A DNA stretch of 63,956 nt, counting the filler, from Octopus bimaculoides (lineage: Eukaryota): assembly GCF_001194135.2 (NCBI RefSeq). It is 5 parts of 5 records of this genome, joined end to end, with 100 filler letters (N's around TTAATTAATTAA, not from the genome) between each part and the next. Parts side by side here need not be neighbours in the genome. Positions count along the whole stretch, not along the records: positions 29,585 to 57,422 come from NC_068992.1; positions 57,523 to 62,417 come from NC_068988.1; positions 62,518 to 63,956 come from NC_068994.1; 2 more parts are not named here. One strand, 5' to 3'. Below, in pieces: positions 51,976 through 63,699 of this stretch. The translations under genes were made by a program, and so were the position numbers. Position 1 is the first letter of the stretch, and every line of letters starts with the position of its first letter. The notes beneath the pieces are model-generated. The model was given only the letters and a program-made list of their open reading frames with translations. It was not told the origin of the DNA and did no database searches.

Positions 51976-52437
51976 ATAAAGGCAAAGCAGTATCATCTGA
52001 TGATGTAAAACTATCCAACGGCGAGAGAATCAAGAATGTTGAGGTGGATGGATATAAATATCTGGGTATTTTGGAGTATGACAAAATCAAGGAGAGTGAG
52101 ATGAAGGAAAGATTTTGGCGAGAATACCTCAGAAGAACCGAATCATGGATAGTACACTCAATGGAAAGAAGAAGATCAGGGCAATGAATACATGGTCTGT
52201 CTCATTAACGCGTTATAGCGCAAGTTTTGTTAGACGGACAAAGAACGAGCTTCAAGAAATGGATAGAAACTATAGTTGCAGGAGTGGCTGTGTGGTAAGT
52301 AGCTTGCTTACCGACCACATGGTTCAAGGTTCAGTCCCACTGCGTGGCACTTTGGGCAAGTGTCTTCTACTATAGCCTCGGGCCGACCAAAGCCTTGTGA
52401 GTGGATTTGGTAGATGGAAACTGAAAGAAGGCCGTCG

Positions 52438-52494
<57 letters not shown>

Positions 52495-53205
52495 TTGTGT
52501 GTGTGTGTTTGTCCCCCCAATATCGCTTGACAACCGATGCTGGTGTGTTTACGTCCCCGTAGCTTAGCGGTTCGGCAAAAGAGACCGATAGACTGTATGT
52601 GCTAAGAAACAAAGGAGAAGAGGTGTCATAAGATGCCAGACTTGTGTTGTCAATGAAAAAAACAGTCTGGGGTTGTAGGTCAAACAGCAGATTGAACCAT
52701 TGGTTATTCCTGTTAGAAATAGCAATACGATACCTAGTGGGAATGTGACACACCCAAAAGAATTTAAGAAGCAAGATGGAGAACAAAGATTGAAAAGGTG
52801 GAAAATGAAAACGATGCATGGGCAATACCTCAGAGAAATGGAATTACAAGATTAACACCTGGAGGTGGCTCATGAAAAGTAATCTGAATGGAAGCAATGA
52901 GACATTGATATGTAGCGCTCAGGAACAAGTTTTGAGAACTAATTACACCAAGTTCCAAAATCATAGGAGAAATGAATGGCTCCTTTGAGAAGTACAAGCT
53001 GCTAAAAGGTGAAATGTCATAAATGTGAGCAATGAAGAAAGTAACAATCATCCGAGTATCGTAAGGTCATTGAGAGCATTAACAACCAGGTTGAGAAATT
53101 TGTTAGATAAATTGGGATTGACATGAGGATAGAATATGCTTTGTTGGGGGACAGCGAGGTTTTTGAGACTGGTACTTGGGTGTTAAGTATCGCGAAAAGA
53201 GACCC
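51975..53205 (+). mobile_element. R4/Dong-clade LINE pieces (same subfamily as 32600) interrupted by SINE B
   Basis: GYKYLGILEYDKIKESEMKERF.REYLRR, RAMNTWSVSL.RY, WLMKSNL..NETLICSAQEQVLRTNY, and an RLE tail (VIIRVS*GH..). Confidence 0.82.
52279..52592 (+). mobile_element. SINE family B (3'-truncated)
   Basis: GGAGTGGCTGTGTGGTAAGTAGCTTGCTTACC..GGTTCAGTCCCACTGCGTGGCAC; internal (TA)(TG)n. Confidence 0.92.
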
Positions 53206-53309
53206 TGTGAACATTGACAGCAAGTTGTTTTTCCGTTTTTACTGAATTAACGGAAGCAGGTGAAATGGAGAGCTTTAGAAGTGAAATGGAAATTGAAAAA
53301 AAAAAATAT

Positions 53310-53490
53310 TAGCCACAAGACCCAAAATTTTGTGCGAGGAAGACAATCGATTACATCAGCCCCAGTGCTCAACTGGTACTTGCTTCATCGATCCCAAAAG
53401 GTTCAAAGGCATAGTCGACGTTGGCGGAATTTGAAGTCAGAACGTAAAGACGGACGAAATGCCGTCAAGAATTTTGTCCAGCGCGCTTAT
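53310..53490 (-). mobile_element. SINE family A
   Basis: CACAAGACCCAAAATTTT..GTCGACGTTGGCGGAATTTGAAGTCAGAACG. Confidence 0.82.
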
Positions 53491-54308
53491 AATAATAATA
53501 ATAATGAATTCTATATTTGCTACAAGGGCAACAAATAAGAGGATATTATATGAACGGATTGTCAGATTACAATAAACAGTGGGGTCTTGTGCCGAATAGA
53601 TTCAGAAAAAACAACAACAACTCAGGAGCGGAAAACAACAGTACACTAAAGAAATGAAGGGTGGCATCTCTGAAGAGGACACAACCTAGGGGTTAAGTAG
53701 AAAGTTCCACAAACCTAGGGTTACCCTTGACTACGAAGGGTAAATCCCTTCTCCTAGTTGTAATCTTCGACCAACAGGCATTAAGAAGCCCGTTCACTCA
53801 AGCAATTCTCTCTACTGTTACTTTTCAACAAATTCAACAGAGAAAAACCAATTCGATCGCCACCGCCACCTTTCGCTTTATGTCGAACTCCAAGTTGATG
53901 AGGACTTGGCCGAAAAGAAAAGTGTGTGTTCAGTCTTGTTTATCTGAAATAATATTTGATGTTCTGAGTGATGATAACCTGCGGTTCTCTGCTTGCTGAT
54001 TTCTTCGATATTTGCAGAAAAAAATGGTTTGCCGACTCGTTAAATCGTCGATATTTTCTGTTGTTATTACTTAGAGTGTTGAAAGCGGTGACAGAAAGGT
54101 TGATTGGAGGGCAATATGGGTGAAATCCGCATGAAAATAATATCAATACAACGCCCACGGGCATATGACGTAGTGGTTAAGAGCGCGGACTACTAACCCG
54201 AAGATTACTACTACTACTACTACTACTACTACTAATAATAATAATATTGATAATAACAACATCGAAAAATACCTTAGGAATGAGAACCCAAGTTAGAAAT
54301 TTCCCCAA

Positions 54309-54354
54309 GACACCTGATGAAGGATGGAGGGTGTATCAGTCGAAACGTTGTGTT
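54309..54354 (+). ncRNA. Putative minimal type-I hammerhead ribozyme in a repeat (54255-54442)
   Basis: GACAC-CUGAUGA-A-GGAUG(GAGGGUGUAU)CAGUC-GAAA-C-G-UU^-GUGUU. 5-bp stem I, 5-bp stem II with one mismatch, and a self-complementary AACGUU that can only form stem III as a dimer. Confidence 0.6.
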
Positions 54355-54744
54355 AACAACAAACAAAATGAGGACAAATATCCGTCAAATATAAATAATG
54401 TAAATAATGTACATAATTCCTCATCTCTTAAATATAGAACGCACATGTAAGTTTACGCTCTCTCTCTTTCTCCCCCACATCTCTCTTTCACTCTTTCACT
54501 CTTTCTCTCTCTCTCTCACGCACACACGTACTCTCGCATAAAGGCACACAAACTCGACTTGGTAGAAATAGCTGCCAAATTTCTACAAAACTACGACTTA
54601 TCTTTAAATAAATGGAAGGAGAGGTCAATGTTGAAGCCTTGAGGCTGTCTTTAATATAGAAAGGAACTTTGGATAATGTCGAATAGAATACAAAAGCCAG
54701 TATGATCTCAGTCCTTTTATCAATCACAGTTCTTTTCATTTGTT

Positions 54745-55035
54745 TCAATCAGTGGACTGCGGCCATGCTGGGACACCATAATGAAGGGTTTAATCGAACA
54801 AATTAACCCTAGTCCTTATATTTTAACTATGGTACTTATTCTATCGGTCACTTCTGCCGAATCGTTGACACCCAGGAACGTAAACAAACCAATACTTGTA
54901 GTCAAGCGGTGGTAGAGGACAACTACTAAGACTACGCATACATATTAGACGGGCTACCAAAATTCGCTCGCAAGGTATCAGTCGACCTGAGGCACAAAAT
55001 GCCGCGTAGTGGGGCTGCGCCCGAACGTACGTGTT
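54745..55035 (-). mobile_element. SINE family B, decayed
   Basis: GACTGCGGCCATGCTGGG..GGTACTTATTCTATCGG..GTCAAGCGGTGG.. Confidence 0.8.
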
Positions 55036-55598
55036 TGCAAAGCGATCATTTTGATGATAAGTATGTACACGAAGGATTGTCCTGTGTTAAAAGCTAACAA
55101 GAACAACTAAAGGAGATGCCCATTATTGTAGCTAGAGCGAAACTTTTTAAAATAACATAATGATCTCGATTACAACGTGTTGGACGACAAACACAAATCG
55201 TTGAGCGCCGATCCACAGCTCTGGAACAAGACAAAAAAGAACAACAATGGTAGCAGCAGTAGCCGCAGCAGTAAAAACGGTTGCGACAGTAGTAGCAACT
55301 GCGGCTTTCTGGAACACCCCACCCAAACAAAATGTGTTTTATGCAAATGTTGTTGATCTCGAGTTGTTCAGCCGTCTCACATATTAAAAGATCTTGTGTT
55401 TTCATTTCTACTTCTTTGTTGCCAGGTAACTTTGTGGACATATGGTAAAATGGCTCTGATCTGAGTAAAAGTAGTACATTTATGCATATACGTATGTATA
55501 CATACAAACATATACACATATATGTACATATACAGCCATAAATGCATATATATATATGTACATATATGTATATAAGTATGTACATATATGTATATAAG

Positions 55599-55647
<49 letters not shown>

Positions 55648-56418
55648 NNNNNNNNNNNNNNNNNNNNNNNNNNNNNNNNNNNNNNNNNNNNNNNNNNNNN
55701 NNNNNNNNNNNNNNNNNNNNNNNNNNNNNNNNNNNNNNNNNNNNNNNNNNNNNNNNNNNNNNNNNNNNNNNNNNNNNNNNNNNNNNNNNNNNNNNNNNNN
55801 NNNNNNNNNNNNNNNNNNNNNNNNNNNNNNNNNNNNNNNNNNNNNNNNNNNNNNNNNNNNNNNNNNNNNNNNNNNNNNNNNNNNNNNNNNNNNNNNNNNN
55901 NNNNNNNNNNNNNNNNNNNNNNNNNNNNNNNNNNNNNNNNNNNNNNNNNNNNNNNNNNNNNNNNNNNNNNNNNNNNNNNNNNNNNNNNNNNNNNNNNNNN
56001 NNNNNNNNNNNNNNNNNNNNNNNNNNNNNNNNNNNNNNNNNNNNNNNNNNNNNNNNNNNNNNNNNNNNNNNNNNNNNNNNNNNNNNNNNNNNNNNNNNNN
56101 NNNNNNNNNNNNNNNNNNNNNNNNNNNNNNNNNNNNNNNNNNNNNNNNNNNNNNNNNNNNNNNNNNNNNNNNNNNNNNNNNNNNNNNNNNNNNNNNNNNN
56201 NNNNNNNNNNNNNNNNNNNNNNNNNNNNNNNNNNNNNNNNNNNNNNNNNNNNNNNNNNNNNNNNNNNNNNNNNNNNNNNNNNNNNNNNNNNNNNNNNNNN
56301 NNNNNNNNNNNNNNNNNNNNNNNNNNNNNNNNNNNNNNNNNNNNNNNNNNNNNNNNNNNNNNNNNNNNNNNNNNNNNNNNNNNNNNNNNNNNNNNNNNNN
56401 NNNATATATGTATATAAG

Positions 56419-56464
<46 letters not shown>

Positions 56465-57348
56465 AACATACACACACAAATATATGCACACACACATATG
56501 TTGATAGACAGACAGACAGACAGATAGATAGATAGAGAGATGGAGGAAGAGATAATGAAAGAGAGAGAGAGCGAGAAGATGCATATACAAACATACATAT
56601 GCAAAGAAACATTTTTGTTACTTGGTTTTATTGTTTGTCATTATAAAGTCGTAAGGCTTGTTCTATTCATAATTACTGCTGTTTCATTTCAAAATGGAAC
56701 TAATAGCAGGCAGCAGAATATTGTTCTGGAAAATTACAGTCTTGGAAACATACAGTTTCAATATGTAACACCTTACCGATGAGAAATCTTATACAACTAT
56801 TCAACAGATTAGCGTTAAACCACTTAAAGTAATTGTTGTTTGTACAGAGATTTGAGAGACAACCTCAGAAAATTACAGACGTATCGTATAACTAGATCTA
56901 ACTTCAGTACGCTTTATATTGGAGATAATAGGAGTTTGAAGAATGTGGTGGAGTTTATGATGATGGCAATAATAATTATTATTTCCGAAGCAAGGTCGAA
57001 AGTTGGTGGGTAAATGTTACTTCATTAAATTGACCAGAGCATATCACTGGTTCTTTATTTTATCGAAGCCGTTAAGCATGAAAGGTAAAATCAATTCAGC
57101 GGGATTTAAAGCCAGAACACTAAAACGGAAATAAATACCGCAAGGTATTTTGTTCATTCCTTTACGATTCAGTTATTCTTTACACATGAAAATAATATCA
57201 ATTGTAACAATAATGGCGGGCATTATTTATTATTATTTATTATTGCAAATATCGGCTACATATGCCAACGTAAATAGATTCATACAGAGATATATTTCAT
57301 ATATAGATGTGTGTATGTGTGTGTGCGTGTGCATGTGAGTGTATGTAC

Positions 57349-57422
<74 letters not shown>

Positions 57423-57524
57423 NNNNNNNNNNNNNNNNNNNNNNNNNNNNNNNNNNNNNNNNNNNNTTAATTAATTAANNNNNNNNNNNNNNNNNNNNNN
57501 NNNNNNNNNNNNNNNNNNNNNNTT

Positions 57525-57815
57525 TGTTTCTTCTCGAGCCATGCCTGACTCATAAGGGCCGGTTTCCCGGTTTCATTGGTTTATAGGTTACCCACCTGGA
57601 CGGGATGACAGTCCATCGCAGGTGAGCAGCTAAATGCAGGAGGAAAGAGTAAAAGAAAGTTGTGGCTAAAGGAGTCAGCAGAAGCTCACCATCACCTTCT
57701 GCCGGAGCCGCGTGAAGCTTAGGTGTTTTGCTCATAAACACACACATCGTCCGGTCTGAGATTCGAACCTGCGATCGCGAGTCCGCTGCTCTAACCACTA
57801 GGTCATGTGCCTCCA
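57525..57815 (-). mobile_element. tRNA-derived SINE family D
   Basis: Head GGAGGCACATGACCTAGTGGTTAGAGC..GGTTCGAATCTC; tail region CCACCTGGACGGGATGACAGTCCATCGCAGG. Confidence 0.8.
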
Positions 57816-59104
57816 CCTAAGCATTTATAGGCCTCTGTTATTAGTTAAGTGTTAAACACTTATAGTAAGCGAATTAGTAACACCTTTTTGTCTGAAGCTA
57901 CTTGATTTAATATGTATATAAATGGATTGATTGATCGATTGATTCCCTGGGATAGGTCAAGAAATGTGCACATCTCAGATAAAAAAACCTAATAAGGGTC
58001 GAAAATCGTTTAAAGCTGTTCAACATTTTTGCAACCTATAAATAGGCTCACTTGACATGTTTGTATGTCTACTAATTAGGTATATTGGAATATATATGTA
58101 AATATGTATATATATGCACTCACATATATCTACAAACACGCATGAAAACATCTATATATACATCTATATATATATATATAGTCGTTTGTGAGTATTCATG
58201 CGCGCGCGTGCGCGTTGCAAACTATTTCGTCTTTTTACCAAAACAATATTTACAGGCTGTTGTTATAAAAAACAATATGACTCAATATAGACAAACGGTC
58301 AAATTAACTTTCGAAGTTCTTGTGTGTAAACTTTCTACTTTATTCCCAGGCTTTTATACCTGGCTGGGAACAACCCTAACACGGCAAGACATTCTTTCTT
58401 CCCTCGTCATCTTCCTTTTTCTCCTCCTTCTCCTCCTCTTTCTCCTCCTCCTCTTCTTCTTCTTCTTCTTCTTCTTCTTATAGGGTTCCCTGACTGAATC
58501 TCCTTCGGAGATATTACCACATTTGCTATGACTGTGTATACCATTATTTTTCATTCATATCATTTAATCTCAATGCAAACGTTTACATTTTTCACATTAT
58601 TATTTTTCTTTTTTGTTTGTTTTTGTAACCCCTGTCTCTATAGCACCCCCCCCCCCTCCTCGTAAGAAAGGGATTGTATGATGGACGAGATCGAAAGGGC
58701 TGAAAACAGACCTTTTCCTCTTAGACCAAGCTCTCATCAACTTTTTCAAGTTCTACTCGAAAACAAAAAAGTGCCGGAAGAGAGGGAAGTGTTTCCTCCA
58801 AGCTGGATGACAGACCTGGGCATAGTCCAAACGTACGAATCTGGACTGTGCATGNNNNNNNNNNGGAAGTGTTTCCTCCAAGCTGGATGACAGACCTGGG
58901 CATAGTCCAAACGTACGAATCTGGACTGTGCATGTGTCTGTCGATTGGAGAAGAGCAACTGGGTGAAAGCACTTATACTGGTCAAGGTGATCGTATTTTT
59001 GCGGGGTTTCCACGAATAGCACTCGGAAGCCTTCCCTCTTTTGGAAAATTATCCTTTCTGTAGTTTTTTTTTTTTTTTTTGTTTCCATTGGGAAATTTTA
59101 ATTT

Positions 59105-59208
59105 TTGTTTTCAAAGAAGAACATAACGCATCATGCGGTCCAGAAATCGAAACCACAATCTTACGATCATGAGTCCAACACCCTAACCACTAAACCATGC
59201 GCCTCTAC
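59105..59208 (-). mobile_element. SINE tRNA head plus partial core
   Basis: GGCGCATGGTTTAGTGGTTAGGG..GGTTTCGATTTCTGG..TGCGTTATGTTCTT. Confidence 0.72.
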
Positions 59209-59660
59209 TATGCACTCACGTAGGCCATCGTGAGATCGCAACAGGTCAGGTGTGGAAGTATGCACCTTTGCAGTGCTTTGCTGGATTCACTATTTGTCAG
59301 TATATTCCGGGTCCTTCTGAACGACCCGTCAAGCAGAGCTCCAGCCTTCCTCATCTGCCATGACCATATGACATGTGGTCGACCAGCATGGATCGTCAAT
59401 CCAGCCAGATCCTCAGTGAAGAGAACACAGTTAGCAGGGTTTGACTCTGAAAATCGAATAACATGGCCAAACAGTCTGAGCTGGCGCTCCTGAATCATAG
59501 GCGTTAGAGGACGCATCCCAGTCTCTGAGTAGAGATTTATAAGGGATGATCGTGGGATCATCAATAAAACATGCAGCAAAACTTCATTAGCTTCAAGTTC
59601 ACTCTAGAATGCTGGCGATAGATTTCTAAGTTGATCAACACATGATTTTAGCACTTCTAT
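59208..59660 (-). mobile_element. RTE-type LINE 3' end
   Basis: NLYSETGMRPLTPMIQERQLRLFGHVIRF..AGRPHVIW is the ORF2 C-terminal R.LR.FGHV.R / GRP...W motif. Confidence 0.82.
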
Positions 59661-60023
59661 CGTGATTTAAACCGATAGGGGCGAGGGAGACGGATTTAAC
59701 ACTGACAGCTAACAAAGCCTCTAGCCAACAACGCTATAGTTCACAAAAGGCGATATATAAACTATAAGAAAAATAACATGAATAAAAAATGTGTCAGATG
59801 TCTTTTACGTAAACATAAAAGTGCTCAACAACACTCGTGAGAAAGTGTATAGAAACTATTGTAAGTGTTTCTATATAATTAACCTTTGACATGCACACAC
59901 ACGTGCGCGCGCGCAGACTCGCAGAGCCGGATTTGACGTCGTGTGTGTGTGTGTGTGTGTGTGCGCGCGAGTGTATGTGTGTAAATATACATCGATACAT
60001 ACATTCAGACAAAATACACACAG

Positions 60024-60107
<84 letters not shown>

Positions 60108-60111
<4 letters not shown>

Positions 60112-60340
60112 CGTTTGTAGAAAACAAATCCGGAGAAAGAGCACACTCTAAGATGTAGAGTAGCATATGTTAAAAATGTGAAAGGGCGGTTTATGGGATT
60201 AACTTAGGTTTTTCGTTCATAAAGGGTTTAGCTTTATGGCGTTTCGTCAGAGCCCAAAACCTGTTGGCCTATGACGGGAAACCTAAGATAGACCTTTATG
60301 GACGGGAAACCTAAGGTAAACCCATAAACCGGCCTTCCCT
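60108..60340. repeat. Second locus of the 43488 hammerhead repeat: a minus copy plus inverted partial copies, abutting (CA)n
   Basis: 60108-60270 aligns to 43488-43650. Minus-strand motif CUGACGA..GAAA at 60194-60256; plus-strand CTTTATGGACGGGAAACCTAAGGTAAACCCATAAAC at 60294-60329. Confidence 0.75.
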
Positions 60341-60344
60341 ACTT

Positions 60345-61553
60345 TCAATATATATATATATATATATCACAGAAATAGAGAGTTAATATAAAAATTACTT
60401 CCTTTATACATGAACTCCAGTCGTCTTGGTTTGATGGCGAACTCGTGTAATATCCTGTCATGCAGTTCTTCTTGTCCAAGTTGTTCAAAATGCTTTTCTC
60501 AATGGAAATACGAGCCAGTGAAGACAGCCGTTCTTCTATGCTTCTCAGATATGAGCGGATTCTATCCAACGTTGAGAAACTTCTCTCATTAGCGACTGAT
60601 ATTAAAGGGATGCTCAGCACTAGCTTAAATAGTTTAATGGATTCCGGCATAGCAGAAATGAACTCCAATTTATACAGTAATTCCAAAATGGAGGTGACTT
60701 GCACTTTTTGAAATCACTGTCAATATACATATATTTTAGCTCGTTCACTAAGTTCTTACAGTCAAAAATACAAGGATATTTGTTTTCTTGAGAGTCCATA
60801 TGTTGCATGGGAAACGAGTTAGCAAACTCTTCAAACTTATTAATATCTAGTAATTCAAAAACTGCATGCTCCCGAATGCCAGAAAATCTCTCTTGTAAGG
60901 ACATTAGAATGTTACCAATTATTTCAAAATAGGTAGTTTTGTAATAATTTGTGCCCCTCTGATTCTTTTTCTAGGAGGAGGATGGAACTCATCTGCATGT
61001 TTAATGACAGCAGCTGCATCGCGTAGAATGTTTTCATAAGGTTCATCCATACGATAACCTTCAACGCAATGAATGAAGTAATCTAGTTTATTCTGACCAT
61101 ACTTTATGTCGAGTAGCTTACATTGTAGGATATCAAAGACTTCTCCAGCCTGAGAAAGCAATTGATGAAAGCAATTGTTGAAAAACATGAATGTGAAATC
61201 ATTCAACTTTACCAATAGATTGTCTGTTTGACAAAGTGTATCTTCATCCCACTTTTGACTAAAACTTAGAATGCTTAGAATAGCATCATTTTGTTTCGCA
61301 CAGTGATGGAATACTAACATTAAACTGCATGAAAACGTTTTCCCGCTTGGTACTGGAAGATGTAAATTTACTAAATGCGCGTAAATGAGTAAAAAAATAT
61401 ATATAATTATTAAATATTATTAGAAACTGAATTAAAAATATTGTTACAATATTTTGTACTGTAGAAATATAACTGATTCATTGTGCATAAGTTTTAAGAA
61501 CAAAATCTTATATGGTCCCCCAAGGGTCAAATGAACCCGAATTAGAACCACTG
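60345..61553 (-). mobile_element. Decayed hAT transposon (ZMYM1-like transposase with hATC dimerisation domain)
   Basis: Frameshifted ORFs 61320-60919, 60904-60620 and 60704-60345 (LVKLNDFTFMFF..LFDILQ; MPESIKLFKLVLSIPLISVANERSFSTLDRIRSYLRSI.EERLSSLARISIE). One terminus, CAGTGGTTCT, at 61553; the other is not found. Confidence 0.88.
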
Positions 61554-62063
61554 ACGTTCATAATCTGCCCATATACCTATCAGCATGGCAGATTTTAAAT
61601 ATATCTACATTTCTTTAGTCCGTTTACTGGTGGTGATGAACCATTGTGTCTGCAATGTATAAAGGCTACTTAACTTTCTTTTTCGCATTGTAAGAATCTC
61701 ACCGACTTCATTATTTGTTACTTTAATTCTATATAATCATTTCTTTACCTTATACAAATATTCTCTTCGAGGTGAAATGCACTAAAAGCTTGTGCAGTGT
61801 GCAGCTGTTGTCTACAGTGACATCTGTGCAATAAAATGCACCTGTGCTTATAAGGTAACTCCTCCACAAAATGTGTCTGCGCCACCACCAGAACAACGTG
61901 CAGCTGTGATGTCCATTCATTTATTTATTTATTTATTTTATAATGGCCATGCTAAATTACAGCATCATTAGACACGAGAGGACAATGTGCCAGTCACAGG
62001 TTCGTTGGATATCTGAGTTTCGACCAAAGTGGGAAGGGATTATCTGTGCAATGTATATATGAA

Positions 62064-62101
62064 TCTATATATATATCTATATATATAAAAATGAGAATGT
62101 G

Positions 62102-62132
<31 letters not shown>

Positions 62133-62417
62133 GTGAATCCCTAAAACTCGAGAACTACGCAACCAATTTCATTCAAATTTTACACATGCCTTACTTAGGG
62201 TTCCAGTTGTGTTTTAGTCAAAAAAAATTATTAACTTCTTGCAGAGTTCGAGCACACGGCAACATAATATCTCCTCCACTATTTAAGTATTACGTGTCAA
62301 AAGTGAAACAAAAACACTCATGTCAAATACTTTCACTTTAAAAATGAAACTATTCCACTAACTGAAACAATCACATTTCGATACTGTAATGACAGATACT
62401 TTCACAGAGAGAGAAAG
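62064..62417 (+). mobile_element. Non-autonomous Helitron/Helentron-like (DINE-type) repeat, 5' part
   Basis: A|TCTATATATATAAAA start, (GTCT)n, AACCAATTTCATTCAAATTTT motif; the 3' end runs into a gap. Confidence 0.6.
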
Positions 62418-62517
62418 NNNNNNNNNNNNNNNNNNNNNNNNNNNNNNNNNNNNNNNNNNNNTTAATTAATTAANNNNNNNNNNNNNNNNNNNNNNNNNNN
62501 NNNNNNNNNNNNNNNNN

Positions 62518-62526
62518 TGGTATATT
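62518..62526 (-). CDS. Start of third host exon, truncated by assembly gap
   Basis: Acceptor TTGATATTTTGCAG|AATATACCA; phase 1 continues ..PAEL-E-Y-T. Confidence 0.5.
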
Positions 62527-62690
62527 CTGCAAAATATCAAATATACAAACACAAATTACATTTCAATATAACAACTCCAAGATATAAAGATAGAAACATT
62601 GATCTTATATTACACTAAGCATAACATTATATATTGTCCTACAGTAATAAAGGTAATTACATTTATATGTTATGTTTCAATAAAAGTTAC

Positions 62691-62838
62691 CTAGTTCTGC
62701 AGGTGTCTCATCATATGGTTTAGTCTTGCCATTACTCTTGCTAGCTTCTCTGTCCTTTTGGGATGTTAAGGAGTCACTGTTGTAGTTAGACATGATGGAA
62801 CTGGTGCGACGTTCTTGACTATGGATTGAATCACATCT
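62691..62838 (-). CDS. Host gene internal exon, 148 nt (phase 0-1), unknown product
   Basis: Acceptor TTTTTCTATAATCCACAG| and donor AG|GTAACT; RCDSIHSQERRTSSIMSNYNSDSLTSQKDREASKSNGKTKPYDETPAEL; in frame with the upstream exon. Confidence 0.8.
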
Positions 62839-62929
62839 CTGTGGATTATAGAAAAAGGAATTTTGAATCAACAGAAAGATAGATCACTCCTAATAAGACA
62901 GTCATTATATAAAGAGTCACCATCATCAT

Positions 62930-63430
62930 CTATTGTCCAAGGCGGGATGTGTTGGATAGTTTGACTAGGGCTGGTGAGCTGAGGGGCTGCACCAACTCCA
63001 GTGTGATTTGGCATGGTTTCTATTGCTGGGTGCCCTTCCTAACACCAACCACGCCATGCTTTCATGTGACACAGGCATTGGCCACATTGTCTCCATGAGG
63101 CCAAACACTCAAACGGTGCTTTTTACTTGCCACCAGCATGGGCGCCAGTTATGTGGATGTCAGGATTGGCCATGACTATGATTTCAGTTGGCTTGACGGG
63201 TCTTCTGAAGCATGGCATACTGCCAAAGGTCTTGGTTACTGGTATTTGCCTCAGTGAGGACCAACGTTTCAAGATCATGCTTCCTGACCTTGTCTCATGT
63301 CTTCCTGGGTCTACCTCTACCATAGGTTCCTCCACAGTTAGTGATTGGTACATCTTACACAGCTGTCCTCGTGCATATGCATCACATGCAGTCAGCTCTC
63401 TTGTACACCAGACCTGATATCTCTAATGCC
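62930..63430 (-). mobile_element. RTE-clade LINE 3' end inside a host intron
   Basis: Frameshifted LHVMHMHEDSC..QSLTVE..GRGRP..HDLETLVLTE..DLWQY..KTRQ; 3' UTR with GGAAGGGCACCCAGC and a (GAT)n tail. Confidence 0.8.
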
Positions 63431-63699
63431 CAACTTTTCTATCAAGACACTTACACTCTGTCATACAGGCACATTTATATAATGGCCATTGTGACTGTTC
63501 TGCTGTCACTAAGACAATAAAGAACAATTGATTGAGAATGTCACAGACAAACCATAAATTTTAACTAAAGGAACAAAAATTTCATACACATGAGAATCCG
63601 AAGATATTTGAAAGAAATATTTGAATGCACATCAATAATTGATTAAATACTTTTGTATTCAAAATCAGAAGGTTATCAGAGATGTAAAGTAATATTTAC

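Noticed and set aside
58785-58934. 70-bp direct repeat across a 10-N gap
   Set aside because: Same overlap artefact.
61747-61821. 75-nt minus-strand exon candidate
   Set aside because: Plausible splice sites, but phase cannot be tied to the upstream exon lost in the gap; no supporting similarity.
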